Origin: Tepidisphaeraceae bacterium
GTDB lineage: Bacteria > Planctomycetota > Phycisphaerae > Tepidisphaerales > Tepidisphaeraceae
Direction of reading: 5' to 3'
NCBI GenBank assembly: GCA_035483795.1
Contig: DATHPP010000425.1
Span: forward strand, 9,951-73,950
DNA length: 64,000 nt
How positions within the stretch are numbered: position 1 is the stretch's first letter; each line of letters begins with the position of its first letter. Shown one piece after another: positions 52,987 through 61,306 of this stretch. The translations under genes were made by a program, and so were the position numbers. Below the pieces are notes generated by a model. That model was not told the origin of the DNA and did no database searches. It saw nothing but the letters and a program-made list of their open reading frames with translations.

Positions 52987-53397
52987 TCAGTTGATGACCA
53001 CCATTGCACTCGCGCCGGCCGGGGGAAGCTGCACGGTGAAATTGGCGGCGCTGACGGCAAAGTCGCTGCCGAAGTTGATGACCGCAATCGCGTTGTTGGA
53101 GCGGGTGGCGTTGTAGATCAAGGCCCCTCGCGCTGTGAACGTCGCCATCGTCCACACGGGATTGTTCCAGCTCAGATAAGCCGAATCGCCTGACAATCCC
53201 GCCGCGTAACCCGAAAGCGCCATCCCCCCAGCCGTGTAGCCGCTGCCGACCACTTCACCGGCTGAGGTGTAAGCCGTCGTCGTCTTGTCCAGGTTCGCGC
53301 TTGAGGTGTACAGCGCGATCATGTACTGATCGCCCGGCTGGTGCAGCCCGGCCTGGAAATCCTGCTTGGCCTGATCGGTGAACGCGTGGGTGATCAT
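52987..53397 (-). CDS. hypothetical virion protein
   Basis: 136-aa beta-rich protein (…YMIALYTSSANLDKTTTAYTSAGEVVGSGYTAGG…) between the portal and the fibre. Confidence 0.5.
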   Translation of the reverse strand: MITHAFTDQAKQDFQAGLHQPGDQYMIALYTSSANLDKTTTAYTSAGEVVGSGYTAGGMALSGYAAGLSGDSAYLSWNNPVWTMATFTARGALIYNATRSNNAIAVINFGSDFAVSAANFTVQLPPAGASAMVVIN

Positions 53398-53792
53398 TCA
53401 TCGCCGTCGTCGTTGTCGCTGCCGCCGATCTGGAGATCGATTTTAATTTGGTGCCCATTGTTCTCCACCTTATATGGGCCGTCACTAAACCGGTGTCCGC
53501 CCACGATGACATCGCCGCAGCTCACGTAATAGCCGTAGACGTTCTCCGGGGGCTGGGGCGAGGTGGAGCGGAAAATCTGCTGCGGATAAACGATCGCCGG
53601 CTCTCCCTCGTTTTGCACTTCGCGCCAGCGGGCGGGGTCGAGCGGAATCGGCGAGTAGCCCAGGAAATTCGGTTGGGTGAAGAAATTCTCCTCGAAGTCC
53701 GGACGCACGTCGTTGCCGAACAGGCGCAGGACCAGGTCGTTGCGGGCGGTGAGTCCGCGCAGACAGAGCACGATTGCAGCGCGGGTGAGCAT
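53394..53792 (-). CDS. hypothetical virion protein
   Basis: 132 aa, directly downstream of the portal. It overlaps the next gene by 4 nt. Confidence 0.5.
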   Translation of the reverse strand: MLTRAAIVLCLRGLTARNDLVLRLFGNDVRPDFEENFFTQPNFLGYSPIPLDPARWREVQNEGEPAIVYPQQIFRSTSPQPPENVYGYYVSCGDVIVGGHRFSDGPYKVENNGHQIKIDLQIGGSDNDDGDE

Positions 53793-53795
53793 CGA

Positions 53796-56700
53796 TTACT
53801 TTTCCCCGCCGGACGCCTCATCAGGCGGATTCGGCTCCACGGTAGGTTCGGGAGGCGCCGGGGGGGGCGAGGCGGGAAGAATGGGCGTTGGGTTCTGGGT
53901 AGTGATCTCGTCGCGGAATCCGGTGACCGTTCCATCGGCATCGCGGATGAAATGACGGGTCATTCCCGACGTCTCGTCTTTCACTTCCGAAGTCAATCCA
54001 TCGGCATCGCGGACGATCGTATGAATCCCCGGAGCGCGAGGCGGCACGGTGACGTTGACGATCGGCGCTTCCACATTCACCTGCGCGGGAGGTGCCGGCG
54101 GCGGAAGGACCGGGGCGGCCACGTTGACGATCGGCGCTTCGACGGTGATCTGCGGCGGCTCGGGTGGCTCGGGTGGATCGGGGAGCTGAATGATCGGAGC
54201 GAGATTCACCACCGGCGCTTCCAGATACACATCGGGCGCAGCTGACGGCGGCGGGGCGTGCAGATGAATGACCGGCGGCTGCACTGTCACCTGCGGCGCG
54301 GCAGACGGCTCGACGTTGATGATCGGCGACTCGACCGTCACCTGGGGCGATGCCTGCGGCGCGGAGGGGGCGGCGTGATAGTGCATTACAGGAGCAGGTT
54401 GTGGGGGAAGGTCCACATTGACGATCGGGGACACGTTCACCGGGGACTGCACCGTGAATTGCGGCGGCAGGGGGGGCAGGGGAGTCGGCAGGGGGGGCTG
54501 CGGGGGAAATTCCACGTTGATGATCGGTGACACGTTCACCTGCGCCGGAGCTGGCGCTTGCACGGCCAATCCGGCGGCGGCTCTGAGCGATGCCAGGTCG
54601 ATCTGCGGCGCTTGATGAATGTGAATGGCGGGAAGCTCCGGCCGCTCTCCCCCTCGCCCCCTCTCCCTTTCGCCCGCTCTCCTCACCAAACGGCGCTCTT
54701 CGGCGCTCATGCTGGTCGTCTGCCCGAACGGGCCGTAAGGATCGCTGTCGGGATAGAACCGGCTTTCCAGATCGATCTGTCCCGGCTGCGGGCCTGGGGG
54801 AAACGTCTTGGCCGTGTTCGGCACGCCGATATTTTCGGTCAGCGTCCTGGCGATCCATTTGTCGCAGACGTAGCTGGGATCGAAAATGAAATTGAACATC
54901 GTGCAGCGTGAACCATTGGCGAACGAGCAGGTGGCGCAGCTCGACACTTCATCGGGCGATTGGCGGTAATTCGGCACCGAGGGCGGGGGAACCTGCGGAA
55001 GCGGCCACGGTCCGCCGGCCACTTCATCGCGGGCCTGGCGATCGGCTGCCGATTGCACGTCGACCCCCCCTGCGGGACTGCCGCGCTGCTGCTGGAGGAT
55101 GAAATCGCTGACGCCTTCCACCGTGCCCCCCCCGCCCGGCGCCGCACTGGCCGCGATGCGACCGCCCGCCTTGGCTGGCGTTTTGCCGTTCTTGCCCTTC
55201 CCATTGCCGTCCTGTCCTGAGCTTGTCGAAGGGTTGCCATTTCCGCCCGGAGGCTTGGGCGCGGGGGCCGCCGGCATGGCCACGTGCACGTGCACGCCCT
55301 GTCCACTTCCCCCTCCCGGCTTTGGCGCCGGTGTCGCCGCGGCTCCGTTTCCTCCGCCTCCCCCTCCCCCACTCTCCCCCTCTCCCCCTCCTCCTCCCGC
55401 CGGCACCGCCGGTTCCTCCACTCCGCCACCGATGACTTTCCCAGCTTTGTTGGTGACCGGATCGCCGGTGATCGTCCCGCCCGTCGGCGTCTGCACCGGC
55501 AGGAGCGGCTGGGTGTAATTCTTCTGCACCGGCAGACCGCCCTGTTGGAACATCGCTGACAGATCAAGCAGGTTGGCGCTGACGGCGTCGACCGTCCCCT
55601 GGCGATTCTCGATGGCCGCTTTGACCAATTCGCGGACGTTGTTCCGCTCGTCGTCGTTCTCCGGCAGCGTGAGTCCGCGGTTTTCGGCCAGGTTCTTCTC
55701 CTCGGCCAGCTTCTCGATGACGTGCGAATAGCGCCCGCCGCGCAACGCGACGATCTCCTCGCGGGTGATCAGGCGGTTCTTGAGCAGGATGACGAAGGCG
55801 TTGGCTTCCTTCTCGGGATCGATCCACGACTGACTGGGCGGGAGATAATCCGCTTCGACATAGCGAAAACGATCGGCGAGGAACTCGTCGGTTGAGAATC
55901 CCTCGATCCCGTCCAGCCGGCCTTCCATCACCGCCCAGTTGAAAAACAGTTCGTAGGCGGGCCGGACCATGGCGTCGATGAATAGTTGCTGCTCGGGCTC
56001 CTGTTCCTTGCGATCTTCCAGCATGTCCTGGCGGGCGGCGGAGTAGTTGGAGTCGTTGCGCCGCGCGATCTGGCCGTAGCTCTGGCCCAAAGCCGCGCCG
56101 ATGCCGCGCACGGTCGTCTCCATGAACGGGTTGTATTGATTGCCCGGCGATTGCGGCACCAGGCTCTGGACCTTCTCACCCGGTACGGTTCGCGCGACCA
56201 TGCCGGGGACGAAGTCGATTTCGTTCATCCCACTGGGCGTCTGGCCGCTGCCGTTGGTGGGCGGACCGAATGAGGTGGCGGGGCCGATGTTGTTGCCGGG
56301 CATCGGTTGCTCGATGATTAATCCGATGCAGCTTTCCATTTCCATGCGCCAGATCGAGGCCGTCTGAACGCGGGAGATATCGCGCATGTCGGCCATCACC
56401 GGGGACAGACCGGTCACGCCGCGGGTCTGCAAAACTCTTTCCTGATCGAAATAGTGAAACATCCGCTGCCGGGGAACGCGCTCGGAAAAGAATGCGTGCC
56501 GATATAAAACGTCGTTGGGGTTACGGGTGTAAATGTGGTATGCGAGCGGCGCCCCGTTCTCGTCCACTTCCACCCCGCCTCTGACTTCCCGTCCGGCATA
56601 GCTGAGAATGCGCAGGTCGAACTGTTCCGCCTCGAAGGCTTGCAAGCGCAGACCGACCGGTTGATTGCGATCGATGATCCCCTCGTTGAGCAAACCGGGG

Positions 56701-57239
56701 AACTTGTAGGACCACATCCACAGGTGCTCGCCGGCGATGAACTTGTCGGCCGCGGCCAGTCTTTGCATCTGGTTGAAGCTCTTGCGCCGCTCGATGTCGC
56801 AGTGCAGACACCAGCGGTGCCACAAGCGGGCCACCACCAGATTCAATTGCGTCAGCGGTTTGCCCTTGGGGTCTTTGGCGTGGGGGATGACTTGAATGCC
56901 CTTGCCGACGACGTTGCGGACGAAGGATTTCTTCGCCGACCGCGCCAGCCAGGAATCGCGATCGAGCTGCCGCGCCCGCCCGATCATCACCGGGGAATCG
57001 GGGATGTTGGCTAAATCTGCCGAGGCGTTGTTGGCCCGCCAGTCGGTGTTGCGGCGTCCGGTATCGGCGGCGGCGTGGATGGAGAGGGCGGCCTGTCCCT
57101 CGCGCATCCTTTTCTTGGTCGCCTGGAGGGCCATCACCTCGACCTGGGCGCGGAGCCGGCGGGCCTGCTTCTCGGCGGGCAGCTCCATCTCCGGCGCGGT
57201 GGCGCGGTTGATCGGGCGGTAGGGATTGCGGCGGGGCAT
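53796..57239 (-). CDS. portal protein (lambda gpB family) with ~600-aa C-terminal extension
   Basis: From ATG 57239 (MPRRNPYRPINR...). RRNTDWRANNASADLANIPDSPVMIGRARQLDRDSWLARS and VRGIGAALGQSYGQIARRNDSNYSAARQDMLE parallel conserved lambda gpB blocks. The C-terminal half is Gly-rich and Pro-rich, with 8 or so PI[VI]NV repeats. Confidence 0.85.
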   Translation of the reverse strand: MPRRNPYRPINRATAPEMELPAEKQARRLRAQVEVMALQATKKRMREGQAALSIHAAADTGRRNTDWRANNASADLANIPDSPVMIGRARQLDRDSWLARSAKKSFVRNVVGKGIQVIPHAKDPKGKPLTQLNLVVARLWHRWCLHCDIERRKSFNQMQRLAAADKFIAGEHLWMWSYKFPGLLNEGIIDRNQPVGLRLQAFEAEQFDLRILSYAGREVRGGVEVDENGAPLAYHIYTRNPNDVLYRHAFFSERVPRQRMFHYFDQERVLQTRGVTGLSPVMADMRDISRVQTASIWRMEMESCIGLIIEQPMPGNNIGPATSFGPPTNGSGQTPSGMNEIDFVPGMVARTVPGEKVQSLVPQSPGNQYNPFMETTVRGIGAALGQSYGQIARRNDSNYSAARQDMLEDRKEQEPEQQLFIDAMVRPAYELFFNWAVMEGRLDGIEGFSTDEFLADRFRYVEADYLPPSQSWIDPEKEANAFVILLKNRLITREEIVALRGGRYSHVIEKLAEEKNLAENRGLTLPENDDERNNVRELVKAAIENRQGTVDAVSANLLDLSAMFQQGGLPVQKNYTQPLLPVQTPTGGTITGDPVTNKAGKVIGGGVEEPAVPAGGGGGEGESGGGGGGGNGAAATPAPKPGGGSGQGVHVHVAMPAAPAPKPPGGNGNPSTSSGQDGNGKGKNGKTPAKAGGRIAASAAPGGGGTVEGVSDFILQQQRGSPAGGVDVQSAADRQARDEVAGGPWPLPQVPPPSVPNYRQSPDEVSSCATCSFANGSRCTMFNFIFDPSYVCDKWIARTLTENIGVPNTAKTFPPGPQPGQIDLESRFYPDSDPYGPFGQTTSMSAEERRLVRRAGERERGRGGERPELPAIHIHQAPQIDLASLRAAAGLAVQAPAPAQVNVSPIINVEFPPQPPLPTPLPPLPPQFTVQSPVNVSPIVNVDLPPQPAPVMHYHAAPSAPQASPQVTVESPIINVEPSAAPQVTVQPPVIHLHAPPPSAAPDVYLEAPVVNLAPIIQLPDPPEPPEPPQITVEAPIVNVAAPVLPPPAPPAQVNVEAPIVNVTVPPRAPGIHTIVRDADGLTSEVKDETSGMTRHFIRDADGTVTGFRDEITTQNPTPILPASPPPAPPEPTVEPNPPDEASGGEK
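54644..54695. repeat. family A element (C-rich on plus strand) inside the portal CDS
   Basis: gctctccccctcgccccctctccctttcgcccgctctcctcac encodes ...GERERGRGGER... in the portal extension. Confidence 0.65.
55349..55410. repeat. family A element (C-rich on plus strand) inside the portal CDS
   Basis: cctccgcctccccctcccccactctccccctctccccctcctcctcccgcc encodes GGGGGEGESGGGGGGG. Confidence 0.65.
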
Positions 57240-57426
57240 TACAATGGAGACCGATGAAATTTCTTCACGCGATGATGACGTCGATGGCGCGGGCCGTCTG
57301 TCTGCTTTCGCTCGGGGTCTTGGCAGCAAAGGGAGATGCGCATACGACGCCGATGGGGAAGGAGGTCCTTCTGCTCGCGATCGCGTTGACTGCGGGAATC
57401 GGATGGATGGAGAGGCCGAGAAAAGA

Positions 57427-57789
57427 TTAGCGGAGGGCGGCGAGTTGCTGATGACCGCCAAGGGGCTGCCCGACCTCGGTGCGCGAGTTGCTGAGATTTT
57501 CGTGCAGGATGACGAGCATCTTTTCCACGTCGTCGATCAGTTCCCTTTGCTCGCGGATCAAACGGGCCAGCGGCGCACGGCCTTCCGGTCGGATCGGCGA
57601 GGGATCGACGCCCTTTTGGCCTTCGCCGAACATGATCCCGCGCCAAGTGTCATGCACACCGCGAGCCTGGGAAGCCACGTGCATAAGTTGCTGGTTGTTC
57701 TCGAAAAGCATCTGGGCGACGTCATCAAGATTGAGGCCGTCCGGCTTGGCGGGTTGAAGTTGTCCGGCGAGTTGTTCAACGCGGTTCAT
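57427..57789 (-). CDS. hypothetical protein upstream of the portal
   Basis: 120-aa helical ORF in operon orientation. Confidence 0.5.
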   Translation of the reverse strand: MNRVEQLAGQLQPAKPDGLNLDDVAQMLFENNQQLMHVASQARGVHDTWRGIMFGEGQKGVDPSPIRPEGRAPLARLIREQRELIDDVEKMLVILHENLSNSRTEVGQPLGGHQQLAALR

Positions 57790-57935
57790 GGGAAAATCCT
57801 TTGCCGTTTTCAGCGGCGGTTAGAATGCTGGTCGATGCCAAGATTGGGATTGAAAAAACTTCGCGCGAAGTGGATCAGCCGGGATTTCTCACACCTGCCG
57901 CGCCAGCAACAGGAGCGCATCCGCAGGGCGATCCG

Positions 57936-58154
57936 TCATGGAAGGGGAGTCGTCGTTTCAAACCGGTAGACGACCGTGAACATTGCGCAACTGCCTTCGA
58001 TCGGACGCGCCTCGATCGACTGAATGCGCCAGTGGGGCGGACACTTGGGAATCCACGTCTGGCTGTTGATCTTCTCCACTTCCGTCTGCCAGTAGCGCAG
58101 GATTTCCGGCTGGGCTGTCGAGGGGCCGACGTTCTGGCCTTTGTGGATGACCAA
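57936..58154 (-). CDS. hypothetical small protein
   Basis: 72-aa ORF in operon orientation. Confidence 0.35.
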   Translation of the reverse strand: MVIHKGQNVGPSTAQPEILRYWQTEVEKINSQTWIPKCPPHWRIQSIEARPIEGSCAMFTVVYRFETTTPLP

Positions 58155-58271
58155 CGGGAGTTCACAGGTTCCGTTTGATGTCTACACCATCGTTGCTGGC
58201 GGCGAAGTCGATCGGCGGCAGCGCGATGGCGGCAGCGGCGGCGGCGAACAGTTTGCAGAAGGCGCGGCGGG

Positions 58272-58574
58272 TCATGATTTCCTCATCGGTCGATCCGTTC
58301 CCTCTCGAATCACCACGTTTTCCGGCGCAGGGGGCAGAGGCGGCAGCGGCAGCGGCATCGTTTGGACGTGACTTTCGCCGTGTACCCGTTCCCACCTTTG
58401 ATGTCGATCAGGATCAAGCGGCGGTTCAACGTCAAATCTGTCGATGAATTCCGCGATCGCCGATTCGTCACCCTCCAGCGTCACACTATGCACGATGCTC
58501 AGAATTCGCCCGTCGTCATGGCGGAAGGTCTCGTTCAGCTTGATCTTCTTTTTCTTCCAGCTCATGCGGGCCAT
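58272..58574 (-). CDS. hypothetical small protein
   Basis: 100 aa (MARMSWKKKKIKLNETFRHDDG...). Its stop overlaps an ATG (ATGA at 58272-58275) that opens a 37-codon ORF with a twin-arginine-like N-terminus. Confidence 0.4.
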   Translation of the reverse strand: MARMSWKKKKIKLNETFRHDDGRILSIVHSVTLEGDESAIAEFIDRFDVEPPLDPDRHQRWERVHGESHVQTMPLPLPPLPPAPENVVIREGTDRPMRKS

Positions 58575-58582
58575 CGGGTTCC

Positions 58583-59245
58583 TTACGTCAGTTGCATTTT
58601 CAGATGCTCGCTCTGTTGCTTCTGCCAGCGCCTATATCGAAGCTGCGCCCGGAACAAGATCAACCAAGCGACCATTAATGCTGTGAGGGCGGGAATCCGG
58701 TATTGATTCTGGCTCGCCCACGCATATCCCATGTGAAATCGGAGCGCGTTCATGACGACGACAACCGACCAAAACATCGTGGAAGCGGGCCACAGTCGGG
58801 GCTGGCCATTCGGCAATGGGCCGAAATAGAACCGTCCCTTGAACCTCGCCCAGCGCGTGGGCTCCAGGGTGTAGCTCTGTTTGTGGCGGCCGAACCCCTC
58901 GATCTGGGCAGCGATGGAATTGATCGCGTGCAAATCCTGTGGCCTCAGACTGTCGAATGGGACGCCCAGCGCAGGCTTGTAGAACGCTTCCATGCCGGTC
59001 GAGAACGTCCCCAGATCATCGGTGACGACGGCGGCGGGCGCGGGATCGGGATGGAAGTCGCGGAGCGGCATATTCCGGTCCAGCGAGATTGCAGAATCCC
59101 AGATCAACTGATCGAACCGGGCGTCCACCGCGTTCTTCGCCTCAAGGGGCAACCTGTCAAAAAACCGCAATGCCTGCTCATCCGACGCTGCGGGATTGCA
59201 GCCGAACGCCACCAGCGCCGATTTGAACAGTGGATGCACGGTCAC
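58583..59245 (-). CDS. hypothetical protein with C-terminal membrane segments
   Basis: It carries the YTLEPTRWARFK motif shared with 44288..44677. The C-terminus has STMFWSVVVVMNALRF and IPALTALMVAWLILF. Confidence 0.5.
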   Translation of the reverse strand: MTVHPLFKSALVAFGCNPAASDEQALRFFDRLPLEAKNAVDARFDQLIWDSAISLDRNMPLRDFHPDPAPAAVVTDDLGTFSTGMEAFYKPALGVPFDSLRPQDLHAINSIAAQIEGFGRHKQSYTLEPTRWARFKGRFYFGPLPNGQPRLWPASTMFWSVVVVMNALRFHMGYAWASQNQYRIPALTALMVAWLILFRAQLRYRRWQKQQSEHLKMQLT

Positions 59246-59248
59246 ATT

Positions 59249-59632
59249 CTACTGCGCAATCCGCTTGCGCTTGCCGAAAAGATACCAGTCGCCGGTTTGG
59301 CGGTTCCGCTTCCAGCCCAGCGCTTTCAGGAGCGCCATGCCGCCGTCTTTCGAGCCCGTCCCCGTCTTCAAAATTCCGTAGCCGTCGAGCAGGCTTTTCA
59401 TCATGAAGCTGGCGATCCCCATGCGGCGGTAAATCTTGGGGACGTAGATGTCGATCACCTCGCAGACAGCTTGCCGATAGGAGTTGCTTCCGAGACGAAC
59501 CCAGACGCTTCCGACCGGGGCATCGCAGTTGACCGCGAAACAGGTTTGTAGAAGGACGCCGTTGCCGACCCAAGCCATCTCCAGACGCAGCGACTCAGGC
59601 TTCCACTTCTCCAGTTCCTTCGGCTTCGGCAT
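59249..59632 (-). CDS. GNAT-family N-acetyltransferase
   Basis: VCEVIDIYVPKIYRRMGIASFMMKSLLDGYG is the acetyl-CoA-binding motif A (R-x-x-G-x-A). Confidence 0.7.
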   Translation of the reverse strand: MPKPKELEKWKPESLRLEMAWVGNGVLLQTCFAVNCDAPVGSVWVRLGSNSYRQAVCEVIDIYVPKIYRRMGIASFMMKSLLDGYGILKTGTGSKDGGMALLKALGWKRNRQTGDWYLFGKRKRIAQ

Positions 59633-59635
59633 TCG

Positions 59636-59860
59636 TCACTCCGGCAGCCGGTTATTGGCCGCCTGGAACATCCCGTTCTGCTCCCTCCACACCATGGCCC
59701 TTAATTGATCCATCCGGGTAATCAACTGGAGGATATTGATCTTGGTCACCTGGCGATGCCCCTGATCGGTCCCGATGGTGTAGGAGGCGATCCCCGAGGT
59801 GATGTAGTTCTGGTAGGCGGTTTCCAGAAGCGCTAGTTCAGTGGAGGGGTCGAGGGACAT
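59636..59860 (-). CDS. gpW-like head-tail joining protein (tentative)
   Basis: 74 aa. ELALLETAYQNYITSGIASYTIGTDQGHRQVTKINILQLITRMDQLRAMV follows the gpW family pattern. Confidence 0.45.
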   Translation of the reverse strand: MSLDPSTELALLETAYQNYITSGIASYTIGTDQGHRQVTKINILQLITRMDQLRAMVWREQNGMFQAANNRLPE

Positions 59861-59865
59861 AGTCT

Positions 59866-61245
59866 TTACTCAGGTTGAGACTGCGCGTGTCGGATGCGCT
59901 TCTGGGCGATCTTGAAGTAGGCGAGTTCTCTTTCGATGCCGATGAACTTCATCCCTTCCAACACTGCCGCTTTTCCGGTCGAGCCCGAGCCCATGAAGCA
60001 GTCGAGCACCGTGCCGCCGGGCGGGGTGATGAGGCGGATGAGCCAGCGCATCAAGTCGGTGTTTTTGACCGTGGGGTGATGATTCGCTCGTGGCGGGATT
60101 TCTTTTCGCTCGCTGCCGTCGGGTCGATGCGTGTTCGTGTTCATCCCGTAGGGCTGGCCGTCGTCGCGTCGGACGTGTTTCTTCGGGGCGTCTTCCAATC
60201 CCTCGTTGCGGTCGCGCCGGCTGGCTTTGGCGCAGTAGAAGAAACGGGAAGCGCCACCGGAGTCGCCGTGTCGGTTCTGTGAATTCTCGACGCCGCCCAA
60301 GCCATTGCCGAAAACCTCGTTCAAATAGTTCGGCCCGCGTGGCGCTTGCACTCCAGCCGATCGCGTGACGCCGCTCTGCTCATTCAGCAGCCTCACCGGG
60401 CAGTCGGGGTGACAGTCGCCGTTACAGGAGGGATGATGGGATAAAACGAGGTTCGCCGGCCAGCGACCTTTGTCCATGCCGTTCAGGTACGGCGCGAGCG
60501 ACGCCGGCCCATTCTCGAATTGCCCGTAAGCATGCCGCCCCTTGTTCTGGTCATGGCACAGGCGTTGCGCTGCTGCTGCTGCTGCTGCTGCTTTATCTCC
60601 GTTGGAGGCGAATCCGATCCTCGTCCCGTCGATATTCAGCGCCCCCGTTCCGTGCTTCAAGACGTTCCTGGCTACCGTCGATTCACTCAGGGGCTTACGA
60701 CAGAGCCACCAGTCTTCCACGGCGGGTTTGAGGGCGGTGCCGAAGCCGTCATATTGCTTCGCGGCATCGGTGGCGGGCGCGGTAATCGGCGGATGCGATT
60801 GTTCTTTGCCCGGCTTGTCTCCGACCCAAATCGTTTTTCCGTCCTGATTCGGCCTCGCGTGCGGATTCTCTCTGATGAATTTCCGCTTCGCGCCGGCTTC
60901 GCGGTCGATCGCTTTCCCCACGGACAAACTTTTCGGGAAGCCCGTACCAAAGATGTGCGCAATTCTTTCGCGTACCTCAAACCCCGCGTCTTCAATCGCC
61001 ATCCCCGTCCAGTGGCTCGTCCGCGGGATCGCCCACACCAGGGCATGACCGCCGGGCTTGAGCACCCGTAAGCATTCTTTCATCACTTCGGTCAGGAAGG
61101 CGATGAAGGCTTCACGGGGGCCTAAGTCATCCCAAGCCTTCCCCATGAACGAAATTCCCGCCGGCGGATCAGTCACGATGGCATCGACGCTGTCGGCGGC
61201 CAGCGTGCGTAGCACCTCCAGGCAATCGCCGCGGAACAGGCGCAC
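59866..61245 (-). CDS. site-specific DNA methyltransferase (N4/N6 type, beta-class motif order), orphan
   Basis: DAIVTDPPAGISFMGKAWD is motif IV and VLDCFMGSGSTGKAAVLEG is motif I near the C-terminus. The likely start is GTG 61245 (RLFRGDCLEVL). The track start at 61380 overlaps the terminase and a repeat. No restriction partner is visible. Confidence 0.8.
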   Translation of the reverse strand: MRLFRGDCLEVLRTLAADSVDAIVTDPPAGISFMGKAWDDLGPREAFIAFLTEVMKECLRVLKPGGHALVWAIPRTSHWTGMAIEDAGFEVRERIAHIFGTGFPKSLSVGKAIDREAGAKRKFIRENPHARPNQDGKTIWVGDKPGKEQSHPPITAPATDAAKQYDGFGTALKPAVEDWWLCRKPLSESTVARNVLKHGTGALNIDGTRIGFASNGDKAAAAAAAAQRLCHDQNKGRHAYGQFENGPASLAPYLNGMDKGRWPANLVLSHHPSCNGDCHPDCPVRLLNEQSGVTRSAGVQAPRGPNYLNEVFGNGLGGVENSQNRHGDSGGASRFFYCAKASRRDRNEGLEDAPKKHVRRDDGQPYGMNTNTHRPDGSERKEIPPRANHHPTVKNTDLMRWLIRLITPPGGTVLDCFMGSGSTGKAAVLEGMKFIGIERELAYFKIAQKRIRHAQSQPE

Positions 61246-61250
61246 GGTCT

Positions 61251-61305
61251 TGCCCTCGCCCCCTCTCCGCGTCCCCGTGTCGCCGCGTCTTCGCGTCTCT
61301 TTCAC
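61251..61305. repeat. octamer-array element (family B) with a family A-like end
   Basis: The reverse complement reads gagacgcg aagacgcg gcgacacg gggacgcg gagagggggcgaggg. It lies between the terminase stop (61307) and the methyltransferase start. Confidence 0.65.
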
Positions 61306-61306
61306 C

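Noticed and set aside
57836-57969. 45-codon plus-strand ORF MPRLGLKKLRAKWISRDFSHLPRQQQERIRRAIRHGRGVVVSNR.
   Set aside because: It is short, overlaps a minus-strand ORF and has no supporting ribosome-binding signal. It cannot be supported from sequence alone.
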